Source: Macrostomum lignano
Lineage: Eukaryota
Length of the DNA: 64,000 nucleotides
Direction of reading: 5' to 3'
Assembly (NCBI GenBank): GCA_002269645.1
Contig: NIVC01000378.1
Coordinates: 48,352 to 112,351 of the forward strand
The notes under the pieces were generated by a model that was not told where the DNA came from, did no database searches, and saw only the letters and a list, made by a program, of their open reading frames with translations. Both the position numbers and the translations under genes were made by a program. Below, piece after piece: positions 22,990-39,066 of this stretch (within the stretch, counting starts at the first letter, position 1; each line of letters starts with the position of its first letter).

Positions 22990-25290
22990 TAATAGGATCT
23001 GCCTAATAGAGATTTCTAATATAATCTACCTGATAGAAATTCCTAATAGAATCTACCTGATTGAGATTCCTAATAGAATCTACCTAATAAAGATTCCTAA
23101 TAGAATCTACCTAATAGGGATTCCTAATGGAATGTACGTAATTGAGATCTTTAATAGAATCTACCTAATAAAGATTTCTAATATAATCTACCTTAACAAA
23201 TTCCTAATAGAATCTACCTGATTGAGATTCCTAATAGAATCTACCTAATAAAGATTCCTAATAGAATCTACCTGATTGAGATTCCTAATAGAATCTACCT
23301 AATAGATATTCCTAATAGAATCTACCTAATAGAGAGTCCTAATAGAATCTACCTAATAAAGATTCCTAATAGAATCTACCTAATAAAGATTTCTAATAGA
23401 ATCTCCCTGATAGAGATTCCTAATAGAATCTACCTAATAAAGATTCTTAATAGAATCTACCTAATAAAGATTTCTAATAGAATCTACCTAATAGAGAGTC
23501 CTAATAGAATCTACCTAATAGAGAGTCCTAATAGAATCTACCTAATAAAGATTCCTAATAGAATCTACCTAATAAAGATTTCTAATAGAATCTACCTAAT
23601 AAAGATTCCTAATAGAATCTACCTGATAGAGATTTCTAATATAATCAACCTAATAGAAATTCCTAATAGAATCTACCTGATTGAGATTCCTAATAGAATC
23701 TACCTAGTAAAGATTCCTAATAGAATCTACCTAATAGAGATTCCTAATAGATCTACCTAATAGAGAGTCCTAATAGAATCTACCTAATAGGGATTCCTAA
23801 TGGAATGTACGTAATTGAGATATTTAATAGAATCTACCTAATAAAGATTTCTAATATAATCTAACTTAAAAAATTCCTAATAGAATCTACCTGATTGAGA
23901 TTCCTAATAGAATCTACCTAATAGAGATTCCTAAAGGAATGTACGTAATTGAGATATTTAATAGAATCTACCTAATAAAGATTTCTAATATAATCTACCT
24001 TAAAAAATTCCTAATAGAATCTACCTGATTGAGATTCCTAATAGAAACTACCTAATAAAAATTCCTGATAGAATCTACCTAATAGAGATTCCTAATACAA
24101 TCTACCTAATAAAGATTCCTAATAGAATCTACCTAATAGAGAGTCCTAATAGAATCTACCTAATAGAGATTCCTGATAGAATCTACCTAATAGAGATTCC
24201 TAATAGAATCTACCTAATAAAGATTCCTAATAGAATCTACCTAATAAAGATTCCTAATAGAATCTACCCGATAGAGAGTCCTAATAGAATATACCTAATA
24301 AAGATTTCTAATAGAATCTTCCTGATAGAGATTCCTAATAGAATCTACCTAATAAAGATTCCTAATAGAATCTACCTAATAAAGATTCCTAATAGAATCT
24401 ACCTAATAAAGATTCCTAATAGAATCTACCTAATAAAGATTCCTAATAGAATCTACCTGATAGAGAGTCCTAATAGAATATACCTAATAAAGATTTCTAA
24501 TAGAATCTCCCTGATAGAGATTCCTAATAGAATCTACCTAATAAAGATTTCTAATAGAATCTCCCTGATAGAGATTCCTAATAGAATCTACCTAATAAAG
24601 ATTTCTAATAGAATCTACCTAATAAAGATTTCTAATAGAATCTCCCTGATAGAGATTCCTAATAGAATCTACCTAATAGAGAGTCCTAATAGAATCTACC
24701 TAATAAAGATTCCTAATAGAATCTACCTAATAGAGATTCCTAATAGATCTAGCTAATAGAGAGTCCTAATATAATCTACCTAATAAAGATTTCTAATAGA
24801 ATCTCCCTGATAGAGATTCCTAATAGAATCTACCTAATAAAGATTCCTAATAGAATCTACCTAATAAAGATTCCTAATAGAATCTACCTAATAAAGATTC
24901 CTAATAGAATCTACCTAATAGAGAGTCCTAATAGAATCTCCCTGATAGAGATTCCTAATAGAATCTACCTAATAGAGAGTCCTAATAGAATCTCCCTGAT
25001 AGAGATTCCTAATAGAATCTACCTAATAGAGAGTCCTAATAGAATCTCCCTGATAGAGATTCCTAATAGAATCTACCTAATAGAGAGTCCTAATAGAATC
25101 TCCCTGATAGAGATTCCTAATAGAATCTACCTAATAGAGAGTCCTAATAGAATCTACCTAATAAAGATTTCTAATAGAATCTCCCTGATAGAGATTCCTA
25201 ATAGAATCTACCTAATAGAGAGTCCTAATAGAATCTCCCTGATAGAGATTCCTAATAGAATCTACCTAATAGAGAGTCCTAATAGAATTT
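22990..25290. repeat. 27-bp minisatellite (two 13-14 bp subunits)
   Basis: CCTAATAGAATCTACCTAATAAAGATT. Confidence 0.97.
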
Positions 25291-25880
25291 ATCTACCTGA
25301 TCTTCCTAATACTTTGCAGAATCCACCTAATAAAGATGCCTACCCAATAGTCTTCCTAATAGAGTCTACCTAATGGACTAATGGGAATTCCTAATGACGC
25401 CAATCCCTTTAATGGCACTGTGGAGCAATATACAGAAATTAGCCCTGCAATATTCCCAATACCAAAGCTATAAAAACTATTGGTCTCAAAAGCAGACAAG
25501 AATCTGACAGATCGCAGCTAGAAATATTTAGCCCCAATTTTGGTCAGTGTTTATTAATAATAAAGACCAGGAAATATGGTCAACTGTAAATATAGTAAAA
25601 TAGCTTCGTAAGAAAACACGTCAGATTTTTAGCTAACTTCTTCTAACCACTTCGTGCTTTAGCGTGGATTCTTTAAAAAATAATAATTTCCTAAACAGCC
25701 AGCCTTTAATCCCACTTCAAAGGAGTAAAAAATATTTCCTTCAGCTATACATTGATTTTTCACAAATCCTGAAATTTACTAATCCAGCACAGTCTTCCAG
25801 GGTCCTTGCTTAGACTCAACACAGGTCCCATCAAAGCCAGAAGTTTTAAGTAAAAGCAGCTTAACAAAAGGTCGAGTCAC

Positions 25881-25954
25881 CTCTTCTTCCAGTGCGTTTG
25901 TCCGGAGCTGACTTATTCGCAGGCGTTTCACTTCAGCCTGGCCGTCCTGGGGTT
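25881..25954 (-). CDS. unc-13: unc-13 exon 5, helix following C2A
   Basis: TTCCACAG| ... GAG|GTGAC, 74 nt, phase 1 to 0. (E)PQDGQAEVKRLRISQLRTNALEEE; phases fit both neighbours. Confidence 0.88.
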
Positions 25955-26067
25955 CTGTGGAATTATGCGAATTAAATAACTCGTAACTAGTTAGAATGCT
26001 TTACTGCTCTATTGTCATTTGTATGATAGCTCAAGCCGTTATTTCAGATAGCTACTAGGATTTAATG

Positions 26068-28560
26068 TCCTTGAATCCACTTCTCCGCTCTCCCATCAGT
26101 TCTTGAATCCACTTCTCCGCTCTCTCCCATCAGTTCTTGAATCCACTTCTCCGCTCTCCCATCAGTTCTTGAATCCACTTCTCCGCTCTCCCATCAGTTC
26201 TTGAATCCACCTCTCCGCTCTCTCCCATCAGTTCTTGAATCCACCTCTCCGCTCTCCCATCAGTTCTTGAATCCACCTCTCCGCTCTCTCCCATCAGTTC
26301 TTGAATCCACCTCTCCGCTCTCTCATCAGTTCTTGAATAAACCTCTCCGCTCTCTCCCATCAGTTCTTGAATCCACCTCTCCGCTCTCCCATCAGTTCTT
26401 GAATAAACCTCTCCGCTCTCTCCCATCAGTTCTTGAATCCACCTCTCCGCTCTCTCCCATCAGTTCTTGAATCCACCTCTCCGCTCTCTCCCATCAGTTC
26501 TTGAATCCACCTCTCCGCTCTCTCCCATCAGTTCTTGAATCCACCTCTCCGCTCTCTCCCATCAGTTCTTGAATCCACCTCTCCGCTCTCTCCCATCAGT
26601 TCTTGAATCCACCTCTCCGCTCTCTCCCATCAGTTCTTGAATCCACCTCTCCGCTCTCTCCCATCAGTTCTTGAATCCACTTCTCCGCTCTCTCCCATCA
26701 GTTCTTGAATCCACTTCTCCGCTCTCCCATCAGTTCTTGAATCCACCTCTCCGCTCTCTCCCATCAGTTCTTGAATCCACCTCTCCGCTCTCTCATCAGT
26801 TCTTGAATCCACCTCTCCGCTCTCTCCCATCAGTTCTTGAATCCACTTCTCCGCTCTCTCCCATCAGTTCTTGAATCCACCTCTCCGCTCTCCCATCAGT
26901 TCTTGAATAAACCTCTCCGCTCTCTCCCATCAGTTCTTGAATCCACCTCTCCGCTCTCCCATCAGTTCTTGAATAAACCTCTCCGCTCTCTCCCATCAGT
27001 TCTTGAATAAACCTCTCCGCTCTCTCCCATCAGTTCTTGAATCCACCTCTCCGCTCTCTCCCATCAGTTCTTGAATCCACCTCTCCGCTCTCCCATCAGT
27101 TCTTGAATAAACCTCTCCGCTCTCCCATCAGTTCTTGAATCCACTTCTCCGCTCTCTCCCATCAGTTCTTGAATCCACTTCTCCGCTCTCCCATCAGTTC
27201 TTGAATAAACCTCTCCGCTCTCTCCCATCAGTTCTTGAATCCACCTCTCCGCTCTCCCATCAGTTCTTGAATCCACCTCTCCGCTCTCCCATCAGTTCTT
27301 GAATAAACCTCTCCGCTCTCTCCCATCAGTTCTTGAATAAACCTCTCCGCTCTCTTCCATCAGTTCTTGAATAAACCTCTCCGCTCTCTTCCATCAGTTC
27401 TTGAATAAACCTCTCCGCTCTCTCCCATCAGTTCTTGAATCCACCTCTCCGCTCTCTCCCATCAGTTCTTGAATCCACTTCTCCGCTCTCCCATCAGTTC
27501 TTGAATAAACCTCTCCGCTCTCTCCCATCAGTTCTTGAATAAACCTCTCCGCTCTCCCATCAGTTCTTGAATAAACCTCTCCGCTCTCCCATCAGTTCTT
27601 GAATCCACCTCTCCGCTCTCCCATCAGTTCTTGAATAAACCTCTCCGCTCTCCCATCAGTTCTTGAATAAACCTCTCCGCTCTCCCATCAGTTCTTGAAT
27701 AAACCTCTCCGCTCTCTTCCATCAGTTCTTGAATCCACTTCTCCGCTCTCTCCCATCAGTTCTTGAATCCACTTCTCCGCTCTCCCATCAGTTCTTGAAT
27801 CCACTTCTCCGCTCTCCCATCAGTTCTTGAATCCACCTCTCCGCTCTCTCCCATCAGTTCTTGAATAAACCTCTCCGCTCTCTTCCATCAGTTCTTGAAT
27901 CCACCTCTCCGCTCTCTCCCATCAGTTCTTGAATCCACCTCTCCGCTCTCTCCCATCAGTTCTTGAATAAACCTCTCCGCTCTCTCCCATCAGTCCTTAA
28001 GTCCACCTCTCCGCTCTCCCATCAGTTCTTGAATCCACCTCTCCGCTCTCTCCCATCAGTTCTTGAATAAACCTCTCCGCTCTCTCCCATCAGTCCTTAA
28101 GTCCACCTCTCCGCTCTCCCATCAGTTCTTGAATAAACCTCTCCGCTCTCCCATCAGTTCTTGAATCCACCTCTCCGCTCTCTCCCATCAGTTCTTGAAT
28201 AAACCTCTCCGCTCTCTCCCATCAGTCCTTAAGTCCACCTCTCCGCTCTCCCATCAGTTCTTGAATCCACCTCTCCGCTCTCTCCCATCAGTTCTTGAAT
28301 CCACCTCTCCGCTCTCTCCCATCAGTTCTTGAATCCACCTCTCCGCTCTCCCATCAGTTCTTGAATCCACCTCTCCGCTCTCTCCCAGCAGTTCTTGAAT
28401 AAACCTCTCCGCTCTCTCCCATCAGCCCTCAAGTCCACCTCTCCGCTCTCTCCCATCAGCCCTCAAGTCCACCTCTCCGCTCTCTCCCATTAGCCCTCAA
28501 GTCCACTTCTCCGCTCTCTCCCATCAGCCCTCAAGTCCACCTCTCCGCTCTCCACCCTCA
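26068..28560. repeat. 32/34-bp minisatellite
   Basis: TTCTTGAATCCACCTCTCCGCTCT(CT)CCCATCAG. Confidence 0.97.
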
Positions 28561-28591
28561 GCTCTTATCCTCAGGCGCCACGCCAACTTAC

Positions 28592-28715
28592 CAACACTGT
28601 GTAACCGCCGGATTTCCAGCTGCAATCGATGGTTGGTAGACCCAGCGCTGCCCAGCACCTGACCGCCTCTGCTGACAAACTGGCTGTCCAGCTTTATCCA
28701 GCGACTGTGACTTTC
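28592..28715 (-). CDS. unc-13: unc-13 exon 4, end of C2A domain
   Basis: TTTGGCAG| ... G|GTAAGT, 124 nt, phase 0 to 1. ESHSRWIKLDSQFVSRGGQVLGSAGSTNHRLQLEIRRLHSV versus Munc13 EGPGEWLTLDSQ...FHRILLDTRFELP. Confidence 0.92.
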
Positions 28716-28757
28716 CTGCCAAATTGTTGTAGTTGCGTTAGGTTTAATGAGAACTGA

Positions 28758-29330
28758 TCATTCCTGTACAGTTAGTATCATTCCTGTACAGTTAGTATCA
28801 TTCCTGTACAGTTAGTATCATTTCTGTACAGTTATTAGTATTCCTGTACAGTTTGTATCATTCCTGTACAGTTAGTAGTATTCCTGTACAGTTAGTAGCA
28901 TTTCTGTACAGTTATTAGTATTCCTGTACAGTTATTAGTATTCCTGTACAGTTATTAGTATTCCTGTACAGTTATTAGTTTTCCTGTACAGTTAGTAGTA
29001 TTCCTGTACAGTTATTAGTATTCCTGTAAAGTTAGTATCATTCCTGTACAGTTATTAGTATTCCTGTACAGATAGTATCATTCCTGTACAGTTATTAGTA
29101 TTCCTGTACAGTTAGTATCATTCCTGTACAGTTAGTAGTATTCCTGTACAGTTAGTAGTATTCCTGTACAGTTAGTAGCATTTCTGTACAGTTAGTAGCA
29201 TTCCTGTACAGTTATTAGTATTCCTGCACAGTTAGTATCATTCCTGTACAGTTATTATCATTCCTGTACAGTTAGTATCATTCCTGTACGGTTAGTATCA
29301 TTCCTGTACAGTTGGCATCATTCCTGTACA
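28758..29330. repeat. 20-bp minisatellite
   Basis: TTCCTGTACAGTTAGTATCA. Confidence 0.96.
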
Positions 29331-29994
29331 ATAAGCATAGTTCCTCTGTACACTAGCACCATATACTGCGTCAGCCTCTCATACAGTATGGCGCCAATTT
29401 GTCAGTAAAAACTGAGTTCATCCTTCATTTTCATCATTCAGCTCAAATAAAATCTAGAAGTGATCAGTGGAACTGTGAGACATCTTTGATCCGGAAAAGT
29501 TCTTATCTGACATAGGCAGACCCAAGCCCAGATCTCTTTCGGTTCAGTTGATGATGGCAAATGGATGATGCTAAACCAACCAACCGCGAACCTTTCGAAC
29601 CCGGATCACCCTATCCTTGCCCTCGAAATAAATTTGAAGGCTCACAAGATAAGCTGACTGACGAGGCTGAAGGAAAAGTGAATATTCTTGAGCAGCAGAT
29701 ATAAGGATAGGGTGAAATTCACCAACTGAACCGATTGAACCCTTTTGCAATCATTTTAGCTAATCTGTCACCCCGACACGAGCCGCTGTTAGTGGCTTCT
29801 GCTAGCTAAGTAAACCCAATATTTGTACTTTTAACTGTAGCCCCTAACACTGCGCCATCATACGGATATGTTGCACGCATAACAGTGCGGCCTTTATTAA
29901 TTCCTTAAGAGGATAATTAGATTTTAATTTGATGACGGTAGATTATGAAGGTTCAGCATAGTGAATTATTATTTCATTAAATTTAGCGCTATTT

Positions 29995-30890
29995 CTCTCA
30001 AGTTGGCGCCATTTCTGTCCAGTTGGCGCCTTTTTTTTACCAATTTGGCGCCATTTCTGTTAATTTGGCATCATTTCTATTTAGTTGGCGCCATTTCCAT
30101 TTCTGTCAAGTTGGCGCCATTTATTTCTGTTAGTTTGGCGTCATTTCTGTTTAGTTGGCGCCAGTTCTATTAAGTTGGTGCCATTTCTGTCAAGTTGGTG
30201 CCAGTTTAGACAAGTTGGCGCCGTTTTTGTCCAGCTGGCGCCATTTTTGTCCAGTTAGCGCCCTTTGTACAGTTGGCGCCATATCTGTCAAGTTGACACC
30301 ACTTCTGTCCATTTGGCGCCATTTTGTCCAGTTGACGCCACTTCTGTCAAGTTAGCGCCAATTCTGTTAGTTTGGCGTCATTTCTACTCAGTTGGCGCCA
30401 TTTCTGTCCATTTGGCGCCATTTCTGTCCATTTGGCGCCATTTCTGTCCAGTTGGTGACAGTTATGTAAATTTGGCGCCATTTCTGTCAGGTTGGCGCCA
30501 TTTCTGTCCAGTTCGCGCCATTTCTGTCCAGTTGGCGCCAGTTCTGTAAATTAGGCACCATTTCTGTTAAGTTGGCGTCATTTTTGTTCAGTTGGCGCCA
30601 TTTCTGTCCAGTTGGAGCCATTTCTGTCACTTTGGCGCCATTTCTGTCCAGTTGACGCCACTTCTGTCAAGTTAGCGCCATTTCTGTTAGTTTGGCGTCA
30701 TTTCTATTCAGTTGGCGCATTTCCTTTTTTGTCAAGTTGGCGCCATTTATGTCAAGTTGGCGCCATTTTTAATATTTTGGCGCCATTTCTGTTTAATTGG
30801 CGTCATTTCTGTTAGTTTGGCGTCATTTCTGTTCAGTTGGCGCCAGTTCTATTAAGTTGGCGCCATTTCTGCAAGTTGGCGCCAGTTCAA
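29995..30890. repeat. degenerate about 21-bp GGCGCC-core minisatellite
   Basis: GTTGGCGCCATTTCTGTCCA variants. Confidence 0.92.
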
Positions 30891-30938
30891 TTGGATTGGA
30901 TCTAAGCACAACAACCCTACAGCCAAACACTCAGTTAC

Positions 30939-31083
30939 CTTGGTCAGGTCTAAGCCCATTCGGTTGTCAAGCGGTATCCAAGCGCAGCCGATCATCCGAT
31001 CCCAGAAGGCACCGCGGCACCACAGCTCAACCTCTAGTCCGCCGCCGTCATGGGTCGACTCTGAGCGTCCAACCGGAGCCCTG
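30939..31083 (-). CDS. unc-13: unc-13 exon 3, C2A domain
   Basis: CTTTTACAG|CAG (NAGNAG; alternative start 31080) ... AAG|GTAAC. Translates RAPVGRSESTHDGGGLEVELWCRGAFWDRMIGCAWIPLDNRMGLDLTK, versus Munc13 [23 protein letters not shown]. Confidence 0.93.
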
Positions 31084-31589
31084 CTGTAAAAGACAGTTGA
31101 AGAATTATAGGCGCAGGTTTAATTAGCAGCGCTCAAGCATTCGGATTTTTTGTCACGAGAGAAGCAAGCAATCCGGCCTCTCTCTGTGCTTGTGTCTCTC
31201 TAACCCGAGTCGAGTGTAATTCGAGTTCAACTACAGAGCTCTCAGACTGCTGGTATATCCGACTGCACGCGAGCACGCGAAGACCTCCTTCCACTCCCCA
31301 TTCCACTGACTCTGTGTGTTCATTTCTAGCCGGCCAACGAGAGGAGAAGTAGGTGTCGGATAACTAAAAAAATCGGGATTCGATACCAGCATTTGGCGTT
31401 TGACTTAGGGGAAAACCAACACAGCCCGATGAAAATGAGAAGCGCCGAATGAAATTATTTATTTCTGAAGTCAAGCAAGCAATTTTTTGCCTCGGAAGAC
31501 TTTTTGATTGCGATGCGGGATTGATCGGAAACAGAAATGGAAAAATATTGTGAAAAATGGGGAAAAACTGGGTGAGAAGAGGCACTTCT

Positions 31590-32520
31590 ACTGAGGAGAG
31601 AGAGGGAGAGAGGAAGAGAAGAGGGGAGAGGGAGAGGGACAGGAAGAGAGAGGAAGTGGGAGAGCGAGAGCGAGAGGGAGAGGGAGAGGGAGACGGGAGT
31701 GGGAGAGAGGGAGAGGGAATGGGAGGGAGAGGGAAAGAGGGAGAGGGAGAAAGAGACGGAAGTGGGAAGGAGAGGGAGAGGGAGAGAGAAAGAGGGAGAG
31801 GGAGAGGGAGAGGGAGAGGAAGAGAGAGGAAGTGGGAGAGTGAGAGCGAGAGGGAGACGGGAGACGGGAGTAGGAGAGAGGGAGAGGGAGAGGAAGAGGG
31901 AGAGGGAGAAAGAGACGGGAGTGAGAAGGAGAGGGAGAGGGAGAGGGAGAGGGAGAGAGGGAGAGGAAGAGGAAGAGAGAGGAGGTGGGAGAGCGAGAGG
32001 GAGAGGGAGAGGGAGAGGGAGAGAGGGAGAGGAAGAGGAAGAGAGAGGAAGTGGGAGAGCGAGAGGGAGAGGGAGAGAGGGAGAGGAAGAGGAAGAGAGA
32101 GGAAGTGGGAGAGGGAGAGGGAGAGGGAGAGGGAGAGGGAGAGGGAGAGAGGGAGAGGAAGAGGAAGAGAGAGGAAGTGGGAGAGCGAGAGGGAGAGGGA
32201 GAGGGAGAGGAAGAGGGAGAGGGAGAAAGAGACGGGAGTGAGAAGGAGAGGGAGAGGGAGAGGGAGAGGTAGAGGGAGAGAGGGAGAGGAAGAGGAAGAG
32301 AGAGGAGGTGGGAGAGCGAGAGGGAGAGGAGAGGGAGAGGGAGAGGGAGAGGGAGAGGGAGAGAGGGAGAGGAAGAGGAAGAGAGAGGAAGTGGGAGAGG
32401 GAGAGGGAGAGGGAGAGGGAGAGGGAGAGGGAGAGAGGGAGAGGAAGAGGAAGAGAGAGGAAGTGGGAGAGGGAGAGGGAGAGGGAGAGGGAGACGGGAG
32501 CGGGAGAGAGGGAGAGAAGG
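31590..32520. repeat. polypurine GA-rich satellite
   Basis: (GGGAGA)n mixed with GGAAGAGGAAGAGAGAGGAAGT. Confidence 0.95.
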
Positions 32521-33224
32521 CGAACAGAACCCGAGTACAATCTTCACCAAAGCCTGTCTAAAGCTACATTCAAAGCGAACAATTTACTTTACCATTGAAG
32601 AAGCAGCGCCAGCTACTGAAGAAACATCTGGTCAGGAAAATGAATTAAAAATGAATTCTTAAAAAACACAATATTTTTAGTCGGAGAGAGCCGTCATGAG
32701 CGCGGGGTGGATGGAAATTGTAGACTAAAGAGATTTTTGAACAGCTGCAGAAAATATTGAATAGGAAGCTGTCGGCAGCTCTGGGCACAGTACGAGCTAA
32801 AACAGTGCTTTGGAATTTCGTTCCCAACCCGGCAAGCCATGCATACTGACAAGCAAATAAAAAACAGTCAATGAATTCAGCTTCATTTTAGCATGAAATT
32901 GTTGCATGAGAGTAAGGCAGACTGAGACTGACAGATAAGTTGGGTGCAATCCCAAGCGTCAAGACTCTGTACTATAATAATAAAAGTATGAAATTGTAAA
33001 CTATGTTCGGTCATAAAACCTCTTGTAAAAAGTTTATCGCCCATGAGACTAGCCGATAAATTTCTAACCCGATTTTGGCTGGCGATGCTGCTACCCGGTT
33101 TGTCTAGCATTGATAATTAACTGAGCTTTGAGGCTTCAATGCAGATTTTATCTTAAGGCTGAGATTGCCTTCTCAAAATTGTGGTCTGAAAGATTTGGGT
33201 GCGAGTAAGCTAAGGTGACATACT

Positions 33225-34895
33225 GCAGATGAACTGTGAGACTCACAGATCGAGATACTGCAGATGAAATGTGAGACTCACAGGGTGAGATACTGCAGAT
33301 GAACTGTGAGACTCACAGAGCGAGATACTGCAGATGAAATGTGAGACTCACAGGGTGAGATACTGCAGATGAACTGTGAGACTCACAGAGCGAGATACTG
33401 CAGATGAAATGTGAGACTCACAGGGTGAGATACTGCAGATGAAATGTGAGACTCACAGGGTGAGATACTGCAGATGAACTGTGAGACTCACAGAGCGAGA
33501 TACTGCAGATGAAATGTGAGACTCACAGGGTGAGATACTGCAGATGAACTGTGAGACTCACAGAGCGAGATACTGCAGATGAAATGTGAGACTCACAGGG
33601 TGAGATACTGCAGATGAACTGTGAGACTCACAGAGCGAGATACTGCAGATGAAATGTGAGACTCACAGGGTGAGATACTGCAGATGAACTGTGAGACTCA
33701 CAGAGCGAGATACTGCAGATGAAATGTGAGACTCACAGGGTGAGATACTGCAGATGAAATGTGAGACTCACAGGGTGAGATACTGCAGATGAAATGTGAG
33801 ACTCACAGGGTGAGATACTGCAGATGAAATGTGAGACTCACAGGGTGAGATACTGCAGATGAACTGTGAGACTCACAGAGCGAGATACTGCAGATGAAAT
33901 GTGAGACTCACAGGGTGAGATACTGCAGATGAAATGTGAGACTCACAGGGTGAGATACTGCAGATGAACTGAGACTCACAGGGTGACATACTGCAGATGA
34001 ACTGTGAGACTCACAGAGCGAGATACTGCAGATGAAATGTGAGACTCACAGGGTGAGATACTGCAGATGAACTGTGAGACTCACAGAGCGAGATACTGCA
34101 GATGAACTGTGAGACTCACAGGGTGAGATACTGCAGATGAAATGTGAGACTCACAGGGTGAGATACTGCATATGAAATGTGAGACTCACAGGGTGAGATA
34201 CTGCAGATGAAATGTGAGACTCACAGGGTGAGATACTGCAGATGAACTGTGAGACTCACAGAGCGAGATACTGCAGATGAAATGTGAGACTCACAGGGTG
34301 AGATACTGCAGATGAAATGTGAGACTCACAGGGTGAGATACTGCAGATGAACTGAGACTCACAGGGTGAGATACTGCAGATGAAATGTGAGACTCACAGG
34401 GTGAGATACTGCAGATGAAATGTGAGACTCACAGGGTGAGATACTGCAGATGAACTGTGAGACTCACAGGGTGAGATACTGCAGATGAAATGTGAGACTC
34501 ACAGGGTGAGACACTGCAGATGAAATGTGAGACTCACAGGATGAGATACTGCAGATGAAATGTGAGACTCACGGGGTGAGATACTGCAGATGAACTGTGA
34601 GACTCACAGGGTGAGATACTGCAGATGAAATGTGAGACTCACAGGGTGAGATACTGCAGATGAAATGTGAGACTCACAGGGTGAGACACTGCAGATGAAA
34701 TGTGAGACTCACAGGGTGAGATACTGCAGATGAACTGTGAGACTCACAGGGTGAGATACTGCAGATGAACTGTGAGACTCACAGGGTGAGATACTGCAGA
34801 TGAACTGTGAGACTCACAGGGTGAGATACTGCAGATTGAATTTAAGCCTCACAGGGCGAGATACTACAGATGAACTGAGACTCACAGGGTGAGAC
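33225..34895. repeat. 35-bp minisatellite with internal palindrome
   Basis: GATACTGCAGATGAA(C/A)TGTGAGACTCACAG(AGC/GGT)GA. Confidence 0.97.
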
Positions 34896-35452
34896 TACAG
34901 AGGAAAACAAAGATTCCTCTAGTTGAACTAAATTTTTAAGCTGCACTTTAACAGCGCACTCTTAGATTAGAGTGAGCCACTAGTGGCAAGGTTGCAGCGC
35001 GAGCTGAAATATCTGTCCACCTGGGAGGGACGAATAAGAAGGAAGGGGCACTCCTATTATATTGTAAGTTGAGAGACTCTAGTTGTAGTGGCTAAGTAAG
35101 AGCTGCAATAAGGATGGGGAGAGGAGAGTGGAATAAGCGTGGCAGAATCCCTGCGTAGCTGCACTTTAGAGAGGGAGTCAACGCCCCCCCCCCCCCTACT
35201 CGACACAGACCCGGCACTCCTGATCACTCTGGCGCTTTGCCTTGGGGGCGTCAGTGGACACCCGCTAAAATTAATGACCAATCTGACTGTACAATACAGT
35301 GCAGGCCTACGCTTATTAACTGGGCCCGCTTGCGGCTTCATCTCTGAGTCCAATTCACTCAACTGGAAATGAGTGCGCACTGTCCTACTTAGCTGCCTGG
35401 TAAGGACGGTTGGAGAGCTCGTTGCCTCAGCCTTTTTTGTACCCGAAGGTGC

Positions 35453-35742
<290 letters not shown>

Positions 35743-35792
35743 TGCAAAAGGCAGCTTCAAACTGCAAACCACACACACGGAAATATTGAAGA

Positions 35793-35830
35793 ACGTTAGT
35801 TTCGGCCTGGACTGGGCCTTCGTCAGGGTT
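35793..35830 (-). ncRNA. degenerate hammerhead ribozyme motif
   Basis: Minus strand: AACC CUGACGA A GGCC-cagucca-GGCC GAAAC UAAC GUU. Core and stem II intact, stem III/NUH region damaged. Confidence 0.6.
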
Positions 35831-36197
35831 TATTTATTCGGGTTTAAAAACAAATATATTGGCTGTGAAGTTATTTTAACATAATTTCAATATATATATG
35901 CGACTTTTGGGGGTGCACTGAGCAGTGTTGAGTAAAGATGTGTACGTATAATTAGTTAAAAACGTGAGTTGAAGCACGCTGATTGGTTAAAGTCTCGCAG
36001 CTAAAGCCTTGCACAAAAATAAAGATGTTAGGTGCTATAGAAAAACAGATTTAAAGCGTAGAAGTGTATGACTAAGAATCTTGAAAAGTTCAACAAATAA
36101 GTTAATTACGCCCGTAGAAAAAAACAAATATTAAATTAATACAGAGCACAGAGAACTTTGCATAAATAAGTGTAAATAATTAGATGTAACTAGATTA

Positions 36198-39066
<2,869 letters not shown>

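Noticed and set aside
29606-29715. 13-bp inverted repeat TCACCCTATCCTT/AAGGATAGGGTGA
   Set aside because: No clear TSD or family evidence; cannot be called a MITE from this window.
33225-34895. CRISPR-like appearance (palindromic 35-bp unit); similarly the 47-bp and 42-bp arrays
   Set aside because: Units are head-to-tail with no unique spacers, there are no cas genes, and the context is eukaryotic.
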